From Candidatus Poribacteria bacterium (GTDB lineage: Bacteria; Poribacteria; WGA-4E; JAJDTR01): DNA of 64,000 nt. The notes under the pieces were generated by a model that was not told the DNA's origin, did no database searches, and saw nothing but the letters and a program-made list of their open reading frames with translations. The position numbers were made by a program, and so were the translations under genes. The stretch is from NCBI GenBank assembly GCA_965222225.1, contig CBDCTK010000002.1:1632001-1696000 (forward strand), read 5' to 3'. This document shows, one piece after another, positions 23,079 through 34,122 of this stretch (its first letter is position 1; each line of letters starts with the position of its first letter).

Positions 23079-23864
23079 CTACGAAAAGTTTTGCTGAACG
23101 AAAGCAACAGCATTCTGAAAAATGTCAAATCCGTCCCCTTTCTCGGGGAGATTTTCGCGTGTCCAGTGCGGATGGTTTAGCCGTGTGAGAAAACGTTCCG
23201 GGTGAGGCATCATACCAAAGATTCGACCAGTGGGGTCGCAGATGCCAGCGATTTGAAGATCGGATCCATTTGGATTATCGGGATACAAAGGGGACTCTCC
23301 ATCCGGAGCCACATAGCGAAACACCACTTGCCGATTAGATTCAAGCCGATCTAGAATCTGATTAGGTGCTGTGAAACGTCCTTCGGCATGAGCAATTGGG
23401 AGATAAATCCTGCGCTTTAGCCCATGCGTGAAAGCACAGGAAGTTTCCTGTGTTTCCAAGTACACCCATCGGCATTCAAACTTAGCGGAGGTATTCAAAG
23501 CTAAAGTTGCTTCTTGTTCGATTTGCGCGTTGAGTCCCGGAAGTAGACCAGCCCGGACCAACACTTGAAATCCGTTGCAGATTCCGATGATTAGTTTCCC
23601 CGAATCAACGAAATCTCTTAGGACATTCCCGAGTTTGTGTTTTATCTCATTCGCCAGCAGTATCCCCGCCGCGACATCGTCGCCGTAAGAGAATCCGCCA
23701 GGGATGGCGAGGATGTGATACCCGTTCAGATCTGTACGACCTGAAATTAGTCGATTGATGTGAATCAGCGCTGTCTCCGCGCCAGCAAGTTGAAAGGCGT
23801 ATTCGGTTTCGTAATCGCAGTTAGTGCCTGCCGTGCGAAGGACTAAAACTTTTCGTGCCAACAT
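23079..23864 (-). CDS. purQ: FGAM synthase glutaminase subunit
   Basis: GTNCD, PGGFSYGD, GICNGFQ, AHAEG, NPNGS, GMMPHPER. Confidence 0.97.
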   Translation of the reverse strand: MLARKVLVLRTAGTNCDYETEYAFQLAGAETALIHINRLISGRTDLNGYHILAIPGGFSYGDDVAAGILLANEIKHKLGNVLRDFVDSGKLIIGICNGFQVLVRAGLLPGLNAQIEQEATLALNTSAKFECRWVYLETQETSCAFTHGLKRRIYLPIAHAEGRFTAPNQILDRLESNRQVVFRYVAPDGESPLYPDNPNGSDLQIAGICDPTGRIFGMMPHPERFLTRLNHPHWTRENLPEKGDGFDIFQNAVAFVQQNFS

Positions 23865-23885
23865 ACCTCCGTATGCATTTACGTA

Positions 23886-26315
23886 TTATCCACTCTCGCG
23901 GAAGGTGTTCTGCCAAGCCTCTTTCAGTTGGTGAATCTGCGTCTCCACAACTGTTTCCCCGCCGATGCCCTTGATGACGAAATCCGATTGTTCGATAATC
24001 CTTCCAATACAACGACACGGCACGCCCTCCATGCGTTCTTCGAATGCGGCGCGATTCTCACGCGGGACTTCGACGATGAATCGGCTGTTAGATTCAGCAA
24101 AAAGGAGAACATCATCAGTTGTAACCTTTGAATCACGCGGCACGCTCGTCAGATCGAGTTCCATCCCGAATCCTCCGGAGAACGCCATTTCCGCGGCGGC
24201 AACACCGATGCCCCCTTCGGAGCAATCGTGGCAGGAGTTAATCAACCGCTCCTCAGCCGTGCGACTCAACGCCGTCATCGTGTGCTTCCCTTCATCTGGT
24301 CGAACAATCGGAACACTGTTCCCGACGAATCCGTGTATATCGTAATAGTGCGAGCCCCCGAGTTCGCGATAGGTTTTCCCGAGGACATAAATCAGGCTCC
24401 CCGGTGATTTGGCGTCCATCGTGATTGCCCTCGTCACATCAGGAATAACACAGCAAGCCGAGATTAACAGCGTTGACGGAATAGCGAGTTGTTTGCCTGT
24501 GGTGGTATCGCGGTATTCGTTGTAGAGACTGTCCTTTCCAGAAATGAAAGGGGTCCCGTAGGCGGTCGCGATGTCGTAGCAGGCCTTTGCCGCACGCACA
24601 AGCCCGCCGAGGCGGTCAGGTTTGTCGGGGTTCCCCCAACTAAAGTTATCAAGCAGTGCCGTATATTCAAGCTTCCCACCGACAGCAATGATATTGCGAA
24701 GCGCTTCATCAATTGCGGCAGCCGCGCTGTGATATGGGTCTATCTCGCTGTATTTGGGATTGATCCCGTTCGAGACGATAATCCCCTTACGTGAGCCGAG
24801 GACAGGTGTAACGATACAGGCATCGCTTGGCCCGTCGTTCTCTACGCCAACAAGCGGTTTGAGGACAACCCCTCCCTGTACCTCGTGATCGTACTGTCGG
24901 ATGACCCATTCCTTGCTTGCAATATTGGGGCTCCCAAGAATTGTGCAGAGATCTCGTGTAAAATCTGCAACCTTGCTGGCACCTGACACTCTATTTTCAC
25001 CGGTGACGACCGTCGCATCGGGCGGCTCTGGAAAACATGGCATCTCCCAGACTGCCTTCTTGGTAGGTGTTGGCAGCCCTTCATGCAAGAAGTGCATATC
25101 CAACTCTGCGGCAAGTTTCCCGTCATAGGACACACGCAACTTTTGGCTATCCGTAAACTCTCCAAGCACTGTGGCTTCAACCAATTCAGCTTCGCACAAC
25201 TCCATCATTGCTGCAACGTTCTCCGGGGGCAGTGCCAACACCATCCGTTCTTGTGCCTCCGAAAGCCAGATTTCCCACGGAGCGAGTCCTTCGTATTTCA
25301 ACCGCACGTTTTCTAGGTGAACCTCTGCTCCGGTGTCTTTTCCCATCTCGCCGACAGCTGATGAGAATCCGCCAGCGCCGCAGTCGGTAATCGATCGATA
25401 AAGTCCCCGGTCGCGCGCCTCCATCAAAACGTCGACAATCTTCTTCTCCATAATCGGGTTACCAATCTGTACAACACTGCCTAGGCTCTCGGAGGCGTCA
25501 TCCAGTTCCAGAGAGGAGAACGTTGCCCCATGGATGCCATCACGCCCTGTGCGGCCTCCGACCGCGAGAATCAGATCGCCGGGATGTACGGATTTCTCGC
25601 ACCGATCTCTTGGAATCAATCCGACATTGCCGCAGAAGACCAGTGGATTGCCTGTAAACCGTGAGTCGAACAGAATTGCGCCGTTCGCAGTAGGGATGCC
25701 CATGCGATTGCCGTAATCCCGTACTCCGGCGACAACACCTTTGAAGACACGCCTAGGGTGGAGGCATCCTGTGGGAAGTTGGTTATAAGCTAAATCCAAC
25801 GGACCGAAGCAAAACACGTCGGTGTTCAGAATCGGTTTTGCGCCGAGGCCCGTGCCAAGAGAATCCCGAATGACGCCTCCGATTCCTGTACCGGCGCCGC
25901 CATAAGGCTCGATTGCGGAGGGATGATTGTGGGTTTCGACCTTGAACGTAATGTTATAATCATCGTCAAATTCTATGATTCCCGCATTGTCAACAAAGAC
26001 TGAAACACACCAGTCCTTGTTGATTTCCTCTGTTGCGCGGCGAATGAATGAATTGAACAGTCCGTCAATGATTTCAACTGTCCCGCCGTTCTCCGTGTAC
26101 TCAATTCGACTTTTGAAGGTTTTGTGAACGCAGTGCTCCGACCAAGTTTGCGCGATTGTCTCTATTTCAACGTCCGTTGGTTCTCGACCTTGTCGGGCGA
26201 AATAACTCTGAATCGCTTTCATTTCGGGGTGGTTGAGCGACAACAGGCCTTCGCGACTAATTCGAATCAATTCCGCCTCGTCGACTTTTCGAATGGGAAT
26301 GTGCTTAACGTCCAT
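23886..26315 (-). CDS. purL: FGAM synthase subunit PurL
   Basis: QTWSEHC, KVETHNHPSAIEP, TGRDGIHGA, DCGAGG, QYDHEV, ISGKDS, HDCSEGG. Confidence 0.97.
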   Translation of the reverse strand: MDVKHIPIRKVDEAELIRISREGLLSLNHPEMKAIQSYFARQGREPTDVEIETIAQTWSEHCVHKTFKSRIEYTENGGTVEIIDGLFNSFIRRATEEINKDWCVSVFVDNAGIIEFDDDYNITFKVETHNHPSAIEPYGGAGTGIGGVIRDSLGTGLGAKPILNTDVFCFGPLDLAYNQLPTGCLHPRRVFKGVVAGVRDYGNRMGIPTANGAILFDSRFTGNPLVFCGNVGLIPRDRCEKSVHPGDLILAVGGRTGRDGIHGATFSSLELDDASESLGSVVQIGNPIMEKKIVDVLMEARDRGLYRSITDCGAGGFSSAVGEMGKDTGAEVHLENVRLKYEGLAPWEIWLSEAQERMVLALPPENVAAMMELCEAELVEATVLGEFTDSQKLRVSYDGKLAAELDMHFLHEGLPTPTKKAVWEMPCFPEPPDATVVTGENRVSGASKVADFTRDLCTILGSPNIASKEWVIRQYDHEVQGGVVLKPLVGVENDGPSDACIVTPVLGSRKGIIVSNGINPKYSEIDPYHSAAAAIDEALRNIIAVGGKLEYTALLDNFSWGNPDKPDRLGGLVRAAKACYDIATAYGTPFISGKDSLYNEYRDTTTGKQLAIPSTLLISACCVIPDVTRAITMDAKSPGSLIYVLGKTYRELGGSHYYDIHGFVGNSVPIVRPDEGKHTMTALSRTAEERLINSCHDCSEGGIGVAAAEMAFSGGFGMELDLTSVPRDSKVTTDDVLLFAESNSRFIVEVPRENRAAFEERMEGVPCRCIGRIIEQSDFVIKGIGGETVVETQIHQLKEAWQNTFRESG

Positions 26316-26760
26316 ACAGTTCCTTTAGCGGAGACACACAGGAAACAGGGGTAACGGGTTGGCTGGATCGAAACATAAAGGCGCAAAAACACCACACAGT
26401 GTTATAGCAGCATGACACTCCTCATGAAACGGAGTCTCTAGTGACAGCATCAGGTTACACCTGACGCATTTGTAAGACTAAAATCTGCCAACTACCGATT
26501 GTCATTGACATACGCGTTTAGTATAACAGATAACCTATTCCAGATCAATCCAAAGTCTGCCGGGCAACGGCCCATCACTTCGCCATATTTTTGGCAATCT
26601 TGCTTGTCTGCAATCTCTACCAACAATGTCCAATTTTTGGACATTGTTTACATAAAAAAAGCACCATGCAAAGTCGCAGGAGCGTCTTCAACATGGTGCC
26701 TGTTCTGAATTTCCGGTTAGATGTTCTTGTTTTTCTTGATTGTTCTTGTTTTTCTTGGTC

Positions 26761-26997
26761 TCAAACAGTTGCGTTCGGCGCCGTTTCCAGCCGCGCAATG
26801 GCACGGTGGACCTCGGCCTTAGGATCTAACGATTGACCATTGCTCAATTGTACTTTCAGATTCGACAGAGCAGCTTTCGCAGCCTCCAGGCGGAAAAGAG
26901 CATTCTCGCGCCGACATCCCTTGAGCGTGTTAGTGACAATTCTCCGGCGATCCGAGGAAATTCTTGAAACCAATTCCTGATATTTTTGAAGTCTCAT
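26761..26997 (-). CDS. 78-aa basic helical hypothetical protein
   Basis: AGGAGG RBS before ATG 26997; sigma-54-like promoter upstream. Confidence 0.65.
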   Translation of the reverse strand: MRLQKYQELVSRISSDRRRIVTNTLKGCRRENALFRLEAAKAALSNLKVQLSNGQSLDPKAEVHRAIARLETAPNATV

Positions 26998-27039
26998 GGT
27001 TGATTTCCTCCTTATTGTACTCAAGTTGTTGAATAGTAT

Positions 27040-27055
27040 TGCATGAATTATGCCA
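27040..27055 (-). promoter_or_regulatory. Putative sigma-54 (-24/-12) promoter
   Basis: TGGCATAATTCATGCA = GG-N10-GC, ~40 nt upstream of ATG 26997. Confidence 0.55.
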
Positions 27056-27497
27056 ATCTTTCTTGTCACATTTTAGAGCCAGTTTGATTACTAGGTAGCA
27101 AAGCGGATCATGGAAGAATGCAAGAACGGAAGTGCATGGAGAAACCGAACGGATAGTGAGAGATCGAGCGACTGTAAAAGGAGAGCGATAATGTCCCATA
27201 GAAATTCCCGTGCGATAGAGACCCACTCCGAATCTCGCCCACCCGTTGCTGCGTAAGTCCCATTGAAACAAAAACCGTTTCTAATAAAATAGTAAGCCCG
27301 GAAATTATGCAAACCCATTTGCGCGTCATGATAGTATTTCGTTCAATCGTTAAATATTTGAATTGAGCCGAACCACGGGAAAATCCCGACCGAGTATGGG
27401 GTAAGGCAAGAATCTTCGCCTTCCATCGGTTAGACAAATGACGAGAAGAAAAGTTCGCACTGCCCAATAGGGAAATAACCAAGGACTTCGTTTAATA

Positions 27498-28490
27498 ACC
27501 AATGGTGCTAGTTTGAAATTTGGAGGTTAATAAGCATAACATTCCCTTTTGGCTTTGCTTTAACGCGAAAGGTATCAGGGCATGAGACGATTTCCTCGAT
27601 TCTACCGTTAATTTGAGTATCGGTAGCTATCAAATAACGGGAGGAAATCTAGACTCATGACCATAGTAGATTTTATCACAGAACTGTTTTGTTGTGTTGA
27701 TGATAAACTCTCACAGCACGGTAAAAACCATAAGCATAGCCAAGCCAAACTTTATCCGTCTGAAGTGGTTACCATTGCCATGCTCTTTGCGCTCAAGGGT
27801 GTGGGTAATCGAGCCTCCTATCGCTGGATAGCGAACAATTTCAAATCCTTATTTCCGATGTTACCCGAGCGTACCCGATTGTTCCGCTTATTCGACGGGC
27901 ATCAACATCTCATTGACGTTTTTATGGCGAATCCTTCGCTTATCGGTGGAATTGACACGTACGGTATTGAATTGATTCACCCGCGCCGAGAAGGGCGCTC
28001 TAAACGTCAAATCGGACGCAAAGGCATTTCCAACCAACGATGGATTGTAGGTGGAAAACTTTGCTTGCTACACAATCATCTCGGACTGATTGTCAACTGG
28101 GACTGCGACACTGCCAATGTACATGATGGGAGTGCCTTCCAACATCTCGTTGATGGGGTCAGTGACCAGATGGTTGTTTTGCCGATGTAAATTTCGCCAA
28201 AGCGGATTGGTTCCCTTCCAACTTGCGTCTGTGCCGACGTGGCGAGTGGAATTCTCGGATGCTGCGAGTGGAATTCTCGGATGCTGGTAGAAACGATTTT
28301 GTCCATGTTGACGCTAGTGTGCCATTTTAAGAAAGTCATGCACCGTCGTTGGAGTTACTTCAAAACGCGAGTCGGCTTTACAATGGCTTTGGTCAATCTC
28401 TTGGTACAGTGGAATGGATTGTCGATTGACGACGATGGCTTTGTGCCTCTGTCAATAGCTCAATTCAGTCTCTAAACTAGCACCAAAGGT
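27498..28490 (+). mobile_element. IS982-like insertion sequence with disrupted transposase (27657-28475)
   Basis: IRs accaatggtgctagttt / acctttggtgctagttt; TSD taata at 27493-27497 and 28491-28495; MTIVDFITELFCCVDD...LYPSEVVT; frameshift ~28180 and 22-bp tandem duplication 28242-28285. Confidence 0.8.
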
Positions 28491-29047
28491 TAATATGATT
28501 ACTCTAGAGCTTGATTGGAAATCCATCTTTTGTAGCATCATTCGCCTCAAGACCAAGTTTTTCTTCGGCACTCGACAAGATGGCGCAGGAATTCTATCTT
28601 TATTTGATTATTGAAGATCCCTACTCATTTGCAATCAGGGGAAACTAACATGCCTCATGTTTCTCTCAGTATTACATGATTACATGTTGCATAGAGTCAA
28701 GCCAAGAGGGGAAACCCACGAGTTGATGAACACCGATTGGTTTGATGATTGTCGATTGTGTGCGATAAACGTCGAGTTTCACTCGAATTACGTTACTCTT
28801 GACGGAATGAAACCTCGAAAGCTCTCCTTCCGCGTGAGACTTCTCAGAGATTTCCGTCAACCCAACCTACGTACTCACGTTTTCTCGTTTTCGCATTGTG
28901 TGCGCGTCCGGTCCACAGCGCGGTAGAGGATGACTCTACAACCATAAATTAGACGCGGTTGCCCTGCTCTATATCCCTTTTTCGGTGGTGCAATGCGGTG
29001 TTTCGTGTTACACTAATTTTTTATCATATCTTAGGAGAATATGCACA

Positions 29048-29869
29048 ATGGCTTATGAACTTGAGGACGAATTTGGTGACATTATCGGTAAAGCGCGTCG
29101 TGGAAATGGATTGAGCCTGAGCCACGTCGCTAACCAAGCAGGTGTAACAGATGCCCAACTCTCCCAATTGGAGGATTATACGCTTAAACCAACTGAAGGC
29201 CAGGTCCACAAGATCGCGGAGGTACTTGGTCTTGATGGGGCTAAGCTGGCTGACATTGCCATGGAACACTGGGCGCCGGCTCCCCCGGAACTTGATGAAA
29301 AGCTGGATGTTGAGCGAATCTCCGGGGACGTCGGCGGATACCCGGTGAACGCGTACCTGTTAATTTGCAAAACAACCAAGCAAGCGGCTGTTATTGACAC
29401 CGCTGCCCACCCGAATCTTATCCTTAAACGGATAAAGGAGATTGACGTTAAACCGACTGTCATTCTACTGACGCATGCGCATAGCGATCACTCTGATGGT
29501 TTGCCAGAACTGGAAAAGGCGACAAATTGCCCGACATATATTCATGCGAACGAGCCCACGCCTCGCAGCTCTCAACAGTTCCGCACACTCCATCACGGCG
29601 ATGAAGTGTCGGTCGGCGAACTTACGGTAAAGACGCTTGATACGCCGGGACACACGCCGGGCGGGTGTAGCTTCTACGCAGGTACAATTGCGGCAGTGGG
29701 CGATGCGATTTTTGCGGGGTCGGTCGGCGGACCAAAAATCTCCTATGAAGACGAGATTACGAGTGTTCGGAATCACCTGCTCTCGCTTCCGGATGAGGTG
29801 AGACTTTTCCCCGGACACGGTCCATCGACCACAGTTGGTGAAGAGAAGGCGCACAACCCCTTCTTTTGA
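29048..29869 (+). CDS. XRE-HTH + glyoxalase II-like MBL hydrolase fusion
   Basis: N-terminal HTH (IGKARRGNGLSLSHVANQAGV...LE); THAHSDH, TPGHTPG, GDAIF, PGHGP..T...EKAHNPF. Confidence 0.88.
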   Translation: MAYELEDEFGDIIGKARRGNGLSLSHVANQAGVTDAQLSQLEDYTLKPTEGQVHKIAEVLGLDGAKLADIAMEHWAPAPPELDEKLDVERISGDVGGYPVNAYLLICKTTKQAAVIDTAAHPNLILKRIKEIDVKPTVILLTHAHSDHSDGLPELEKATNCPTYIHANEPTPRSSQQFRTLHHGDEVSVGELTVKTLDTPGHTPGGCSFYAGTIAAVGDAIFAGSVGGPKISYEDEITSVRNHLLSLPDEVRLFPGHGPSTTVGEEKAHNPFF

Positions 29870-29913
29870 ATGCCGACATCGCGACGCGTCGGCAATTGGA
29901 GTTCCCCCTCACG

Positions 29914-30100
29914 GTAGGAGCGATCTCCGAATCGCGACTTGTCGCAAATTGGAATTTCCTCCTACGGTAGGTGCGATCAAGCGAACGATCAACTGAGTGG
30001 ATAGCGAAGGCGATAGCAAATCCCATAGTGACGGGATCGAGCGACTGAATAACGACCGCGATAGAGATCTCAAGGCGATGGAGATCCCATAGAGAATCCA
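29914..30100 (+). repeat. GTAG-type REP-like element followed by the GATCAA/GCGATAG repeat
   Basis: gtaggagcgatctccgaatcgcgac, then gtaggtgcgatcaagcg...gcgatagagatc. Confidence 0.65.
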
Positions 30101-30181
30101 TTTCTAACCGCACCTACACCCAACACTTACCATATTCTCTTAGAAAATGAACCACTAAATTATCAATTGAAAGGCAGAATT

Positions 30182-31048
30182 ATGAGCGTAAATAGAGCAA
30201 TCGAACTGCTTCAAGAGGGACAACCAATCTATTATACAGGACTGAACTCACTGAGTTACGAAGCTGGCGTCAAAGCCTCACAAACATGGGCAGATTACCT
30301 CATGGTTGAGATGGAACACGGGCTTTACAATGTGCCCGGGCTTCATCAGTTTATGCACGGTCTCGTAGAAGGCGGCCCCACGCGGAGCGGTCATCGCACG
30401 CCGACAGTGATTACGACGCTGCCGGCGGAAGGCACGAATGAAAGCGTGATGCGCGCAAATGCTTGGATGGTTAAACAGGTGCTCGCCTGCGGCGTACACG
30501 GCGTCCTGCTCTGCCATGCCGAAGACCCCGGGGCGGTCAGAGCATTTGTCGAGGCAGCTCGCTATCCGTTCCAGTCTGTTGGTGTGGGAAATGGACTGGA
30601 ACAAGGGCGACGCGGCAACGGCGGACAGGGAAACGCCGCCGCCATTTGGGGAGTGTCGGGGCAGGAATATCTGACCAAAGCCGATGTCTGGCCGCTCAAC
30701 CCGGAAGGTGAACTTATGCTCGGACTAAAGATTGAAAATAGACGTGCACTTGAAAATTCGGAAGCCAGTGCGAGTATTCCCGGCATAGCCTTCGCAGAAT
30801 GGGGCCCCGGGGACATGGGATTTTCGTTCGGTCTGCCTGACGCTCATGACCCGCCTTACACGGAGGAGATGGCGGGAGCGCAGGCGCGAGTGAAAAACGC
30901 TTGTGAATCGGTAAACGTTGCGTTTCTTGACGGGGCTAACCCGGAGAATGTCGCCCGGAGGATTGACGAGGGAGTCAAGATATTGTCCGCCGGTGAGGAA
31001 GCGGCAGAAGTTGGGCGAAAGCACACGAATCGAACGATGCCGTGGTAA
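30182..31048 (+). CDS. HpcH/HpaI aldolase family protein
   Basis: VEMEHG, VKQVLACGVHG, ARYPF, LKIEN, EWGPGDM. Confidence 0.88.
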   Translation: MSVNRAIELLQEGQPIYYTGLNSLSYEAGVKASQTWADYLMVEMEHGLYNVPGLHQFMHGLVEGGPTRSGHRTPTVITTLPAEGTNESVMRANAWMVKQVLACGVHGVLLCHAEDPGAVRAFVEAARYPFQSVGVGNGLEQGRRGNGGQGNAAAIWGVSGQEYLTKADVWPLNPEGELMLGLKIENRRALENSEASASIPGIAFAEWGPGDMGFSFGLPDAHDPPYTEEMAGAQARVKNACESVNVAFLDGANPENVARRIDEGVKILSAGEEAAEVGRKHTNRTMPW

Positions 31049-31274
31049 ATCCTCCGGTTATGATTTCTCGGTAGGAGCGATCAAGCGAGCGAATAGATCA
31101 AGTGACCGAACAGGGAACGCGATAGAGATCCCAGTGCGATAGAGATCTCCTTGCCCCGCCGTACTACACCAAAATTCATGTGAAACCCAACACGTCATCT
31201 GCGTGGTACTGGAAACCGCCAGCGACTTTTTTCACAGGTCAACCAAAAAGACCAGATAGTTAAAATCTCCCCCG

Positions 31275-31337
31275 CTTTTCTTCAACGCTTGATTGACACC
31301 GTTTGTTATGCCGCTTAAATGTACAAAGTCGAGCTAA
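31275..31337 (+). repeat. Non-coding leader block A, copy 1
   Basis: 53/63 ungapped identity (hand count) with 38668-38730. Confidence 0.85.
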
Positions 31338-31662
31338 TTATTGGAGTGCGAAACCGGTTGGCTACAGTTATCTAGGCATCAACGATGACATCGTTTGGGA
31401 CATCATCCAAACAGATATTCCGGTCCTGTTGCCTGCCTTAAGAAACCTACTAAGCACAATCAACAAGGAATCCCCATAACAATAGGAGAGGATACCAATG
31501 GCATTATTACCACCAAAATACCTCAACGCAGTAGTTGCAATAGGCATAGAATCCACTCCAGAGGAAATAGAATCAACTGGGCAGCCGAAGCACCGTTTGC
31601 ACCGTGCCCCGAACTGAGCGATAGACGTCCCAATACCCCGGGCGCGCCATAAAGCCTCCTAG

Positions 31663-32129
31663 TTATACCGTGAACTCCCGATGATCGACCTTCGCTTCGA
31701 TAGAGCGCCCGTCGACCGGGGCAACCGGGTTCACCTCGGTATAGCAGGAAAGCCGATAACGATCACCGGACTCCCCCCGTCGCTGTCGATGACCGACCGA
31801 GTGTTCGACCAGTGCTTATCGCCCTCGATGTCCTCATGGCTGTAGCTCTGAGCTACCGGAACGGTAAAGCCGCCGTTTTCACCACCCGGGGCGTCAGGTT
31901 TGGTGTCCTCGCCAACCTTGACCGAATCGTAACCGTTCCATTTTTCGAGGTAATGCTTATACTCCATCGTCAATTCGATCTCGTCGTCGTCGTCGTAGTT
32001 CTCGACGCAGAAAGTATGCCTCGAGCGAGACATAACCACGCCCTCCGTCAATGCGACCGCCATGTCATTCAGTTCGCACGATCCAGTCCAATCTTGGCTG
32101 GTTTGATCGTCGCTGTCTTCTAAAGCCAT
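31663..32129 (-). pseudogene. Unknown ~150-aa family ('family X') copy 1, frameshift in C6 run 31773-31778
   Basis: AGGAG RBS; removing one base gives ...DGESGDRYRLSCYTEVNPV...IEAKVDHREFTV*, which aligns with 37211-37666 and 41927-42187. Confidence 0.8.
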
Positions 32130-32224
32130 AATAATCTCCTTATCGTGTTAGCGTGAGAGGGGACTACTTACCGGCGAGCCCCCGGAACCGCCGCCGGCGC
32201 CCTATGGTGCAGGCTCATGAATAC

Positions 32225-32520
32225 TTAACTCGTCACCGCAGACGTGACAGCACTGATCGCTGTATTCCCGCTTCCGAGATTATCGGTGCACACTACCACA
32301 TCCCGCAGTTCCATACCGACATCTGCTGTGACTGGCGTGTAAGTGCTGGACGTTCCGCCCGTGATGCTCGCCCACTCGTCGCTCGACCCTTCATTACGCT
32401 TTTGCCACTGCCAAATCAAATTGGAAAGCGGCACATCGGTGTCCGCCAGCGTTACCGTCATTTGTGTGCCAACAACAGGTGTCGTGTCATCAAGCGTCAC
32501 AGTGCCGGGCGCATTATTGA
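32225..32520 (-). pseudogene. C-terminal Ig/cadherin-like domain fragment
   Basis: GTVTLDDTTPVVGTQMTVTLAD...WQWQ...W..ITGGTSSTYTPVTADVG..LR; 5' end cut at leader block B. Confidence 0.7.
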
Positions 32521-32522
32521 TT

Positions 32523-32932
32523 ATTAATGTGTGATTCAATTTGAAACTATCACTTCGGTAGTATCAACTACTACCAAAACCCACTGTACATAAATATACC
32601 GCACATATGTTAAGTTATCAATCTAAACTTTATTGTACATTAACCTAGAAAAGCAGAACCATTTGACCCGAAACCGATCAACGGGATTCGGAACTTCCCC
32701 GTACTGGCAACCGTGACACTCCCCCCACTCTCGCGAAATTGTAAGACACAGGCACTGTTGCGAGAACTGCCAATGCCACTCCTGCACAGAAAATGAACAT
32801 TGGCGTTCACTTGTTAGATACGAAAGCACGAAACGCCATTGCGTCTCCATGACACATCGGGGGGCGAGTTTGATGCAATTCGTGGCATAGTGCCACGTCA
32901 GGGCAACTTATGGGCGTGGCACAAAACTTGCT
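32523..32932 (+). repeat. Non-coding leader blocks B+C, copy 1
   Basis: 32523-32624 matches 38735-38821; 32592-32932 matches 39525-39850. Confidence 0.9.
32917..32932 (+). promoter_or_regulatory. Sigma-54 promoter of beta-propeller operon 1
   Basis: TGGCACAAAACTTGCT matches TGGCAC-N5-TTGCW; GGGAGG RBS and ATG follow within 60 nt. Confidence 0.8.
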
Positions 32933-32988
32933 GACGCTCTACTAACGCAATCAATCCGACAGCCATCAATTCTAAGGGAGGAAGTCCA

Positions 32989-34122
32989 ATGATATGGACT
33001 CAAATATTCATGCGAACCGCTGTCATTTTCTTGGTAACGATGACTATGCCAGCAAACGAATCGGATGCGAATATCCACGCCGAGTGGACTCAACTCACTG
33101 TCGGGCAGCCCATGGATCGTGTGCGCGTACTTGAGACTGATGGATTCCGCCTCTACGCCGCGGCGGGAATCAGAGCGGAGAGTGGACTGTACATCTCCCG
33201 AGATAACGGTTACACCTGGAATCCAACCGAGCTGAATCACAGCGTTAATACAATTGCAATTGATCAGAATACTCTGTATGCAGGAGGAGATTCGCACGGC
33301 GTATTTCGCTCCGACAATCTCGGGGACACATGGAAGCCCATAAACAACGGAATCCGCACAATTAATGTTGATAACGGCGAAATCCGCCTCCCATACATCA
33401 AGCAAATACTGGTCATTAGTTCCGGCACAGTCGTCGCTGTGGGGTACCACAGCGGTACGCATATATCAACAGACCGAGGTGACACATGGGACGACGTAAC
33501 ACTAGCGTGGAAAGTGGGCCAACGCGTAGCGCCCGACTGGATAATAGGCGATAGCATCTGGTCGATGACCGAGTTCGATGGCTATCTGTGGGCAGTCTAT
33601 TCAAGCACCTCCAGATCCATATTCCGGTCCACTGACAATGGCCAAACGTGGGAATATACTCGCGAACAAAAGTACGGTCAGATAGCTGACTGGTCGGTGC
33701 TCAATGGTCGATTATACGCTGGTACGCGAAACGGCCTTGCCCGATGGAACGAAGCTCAACCGGCTTGGGAGTATTTCTCCGAAGGGCTTCCAGTCCTATC
33801 CATCGGAGCCACAGCCAGTATAAAAAGCCTGACCGTTTATCGCGGCCGTTTGTTTGCCGGACTTTACGATCACGCCGGAGCTGAGGGAGGTGTTTACATG
33901 TTTGATGACCGCATAGACACATTCGTTCCCGCAGGTCTTCAGGGCTCTTCAGTTAGTGTGCTCATTTCCCATCAATCCGAGCTGTACGCAGCAACCTATG
34001 CGCTCCACGAAAGGCAGGCAGGCACCGTCCACACCCCCCAAGGCATCTACCGCGCTACAATTCTGACCGTGCAACCCTTTGGCAAAGCCGCTACCACGTG
34101 GGGCGCTATAAAAACAAAATGA
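32989..34122 (+). CDS. Secreted BNR/YCF48-like beta-propeller protein with TWG tail (1)
   Basis: Signal-like N-terminus; SxDxGxTW boxes; SMTEFDGYLW; ends QPFGKAATTWGAIKTK. Confidence 0.85.
   Translation: MIWTQIFMRTAVIFLVTMTMPANESDANIHAEWTQLTVGQPMDRVRVLETDGFRLYAAAGIRAESGLYISRDNGYTWNPTELNHSVNTIAIDQNTLYAGGDSHGVFRSDNLGDTWKPINNGIRTINVDNGEIRLPYIKQILVISSGTVVAVGYHSGTHISTDRGDTWDDVTLAWKVGQRVAPDWIIGDSIWSMTEFDGYLWAVYSSTSRSIFRSTDNGQTWEYTREQKYGQIADWSVLNGRLYAGTRNGLARWNEAQPAWEYFSEGLPVLSIGATASIKSLTVYRGRLFAGLYDHAGAEGGVYMFDDRIDTFVPAGLQGSSVSVLISHQSELYAATYALHERQAGTVHTPQGIYRATILTVQPFGKAATTWGAIKTK

Noticed and set aside
26316-26760. Purine/ZTP riboswitch upstream of purL
   Set aside because: No recognisable aptamer consensus by eye; needs an Rfam search
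22693-31150. GATCAA/GCGATAG tracts as a CRISPR array
   Set aside because: No constant repeat with regular unique spacers; no cas genes
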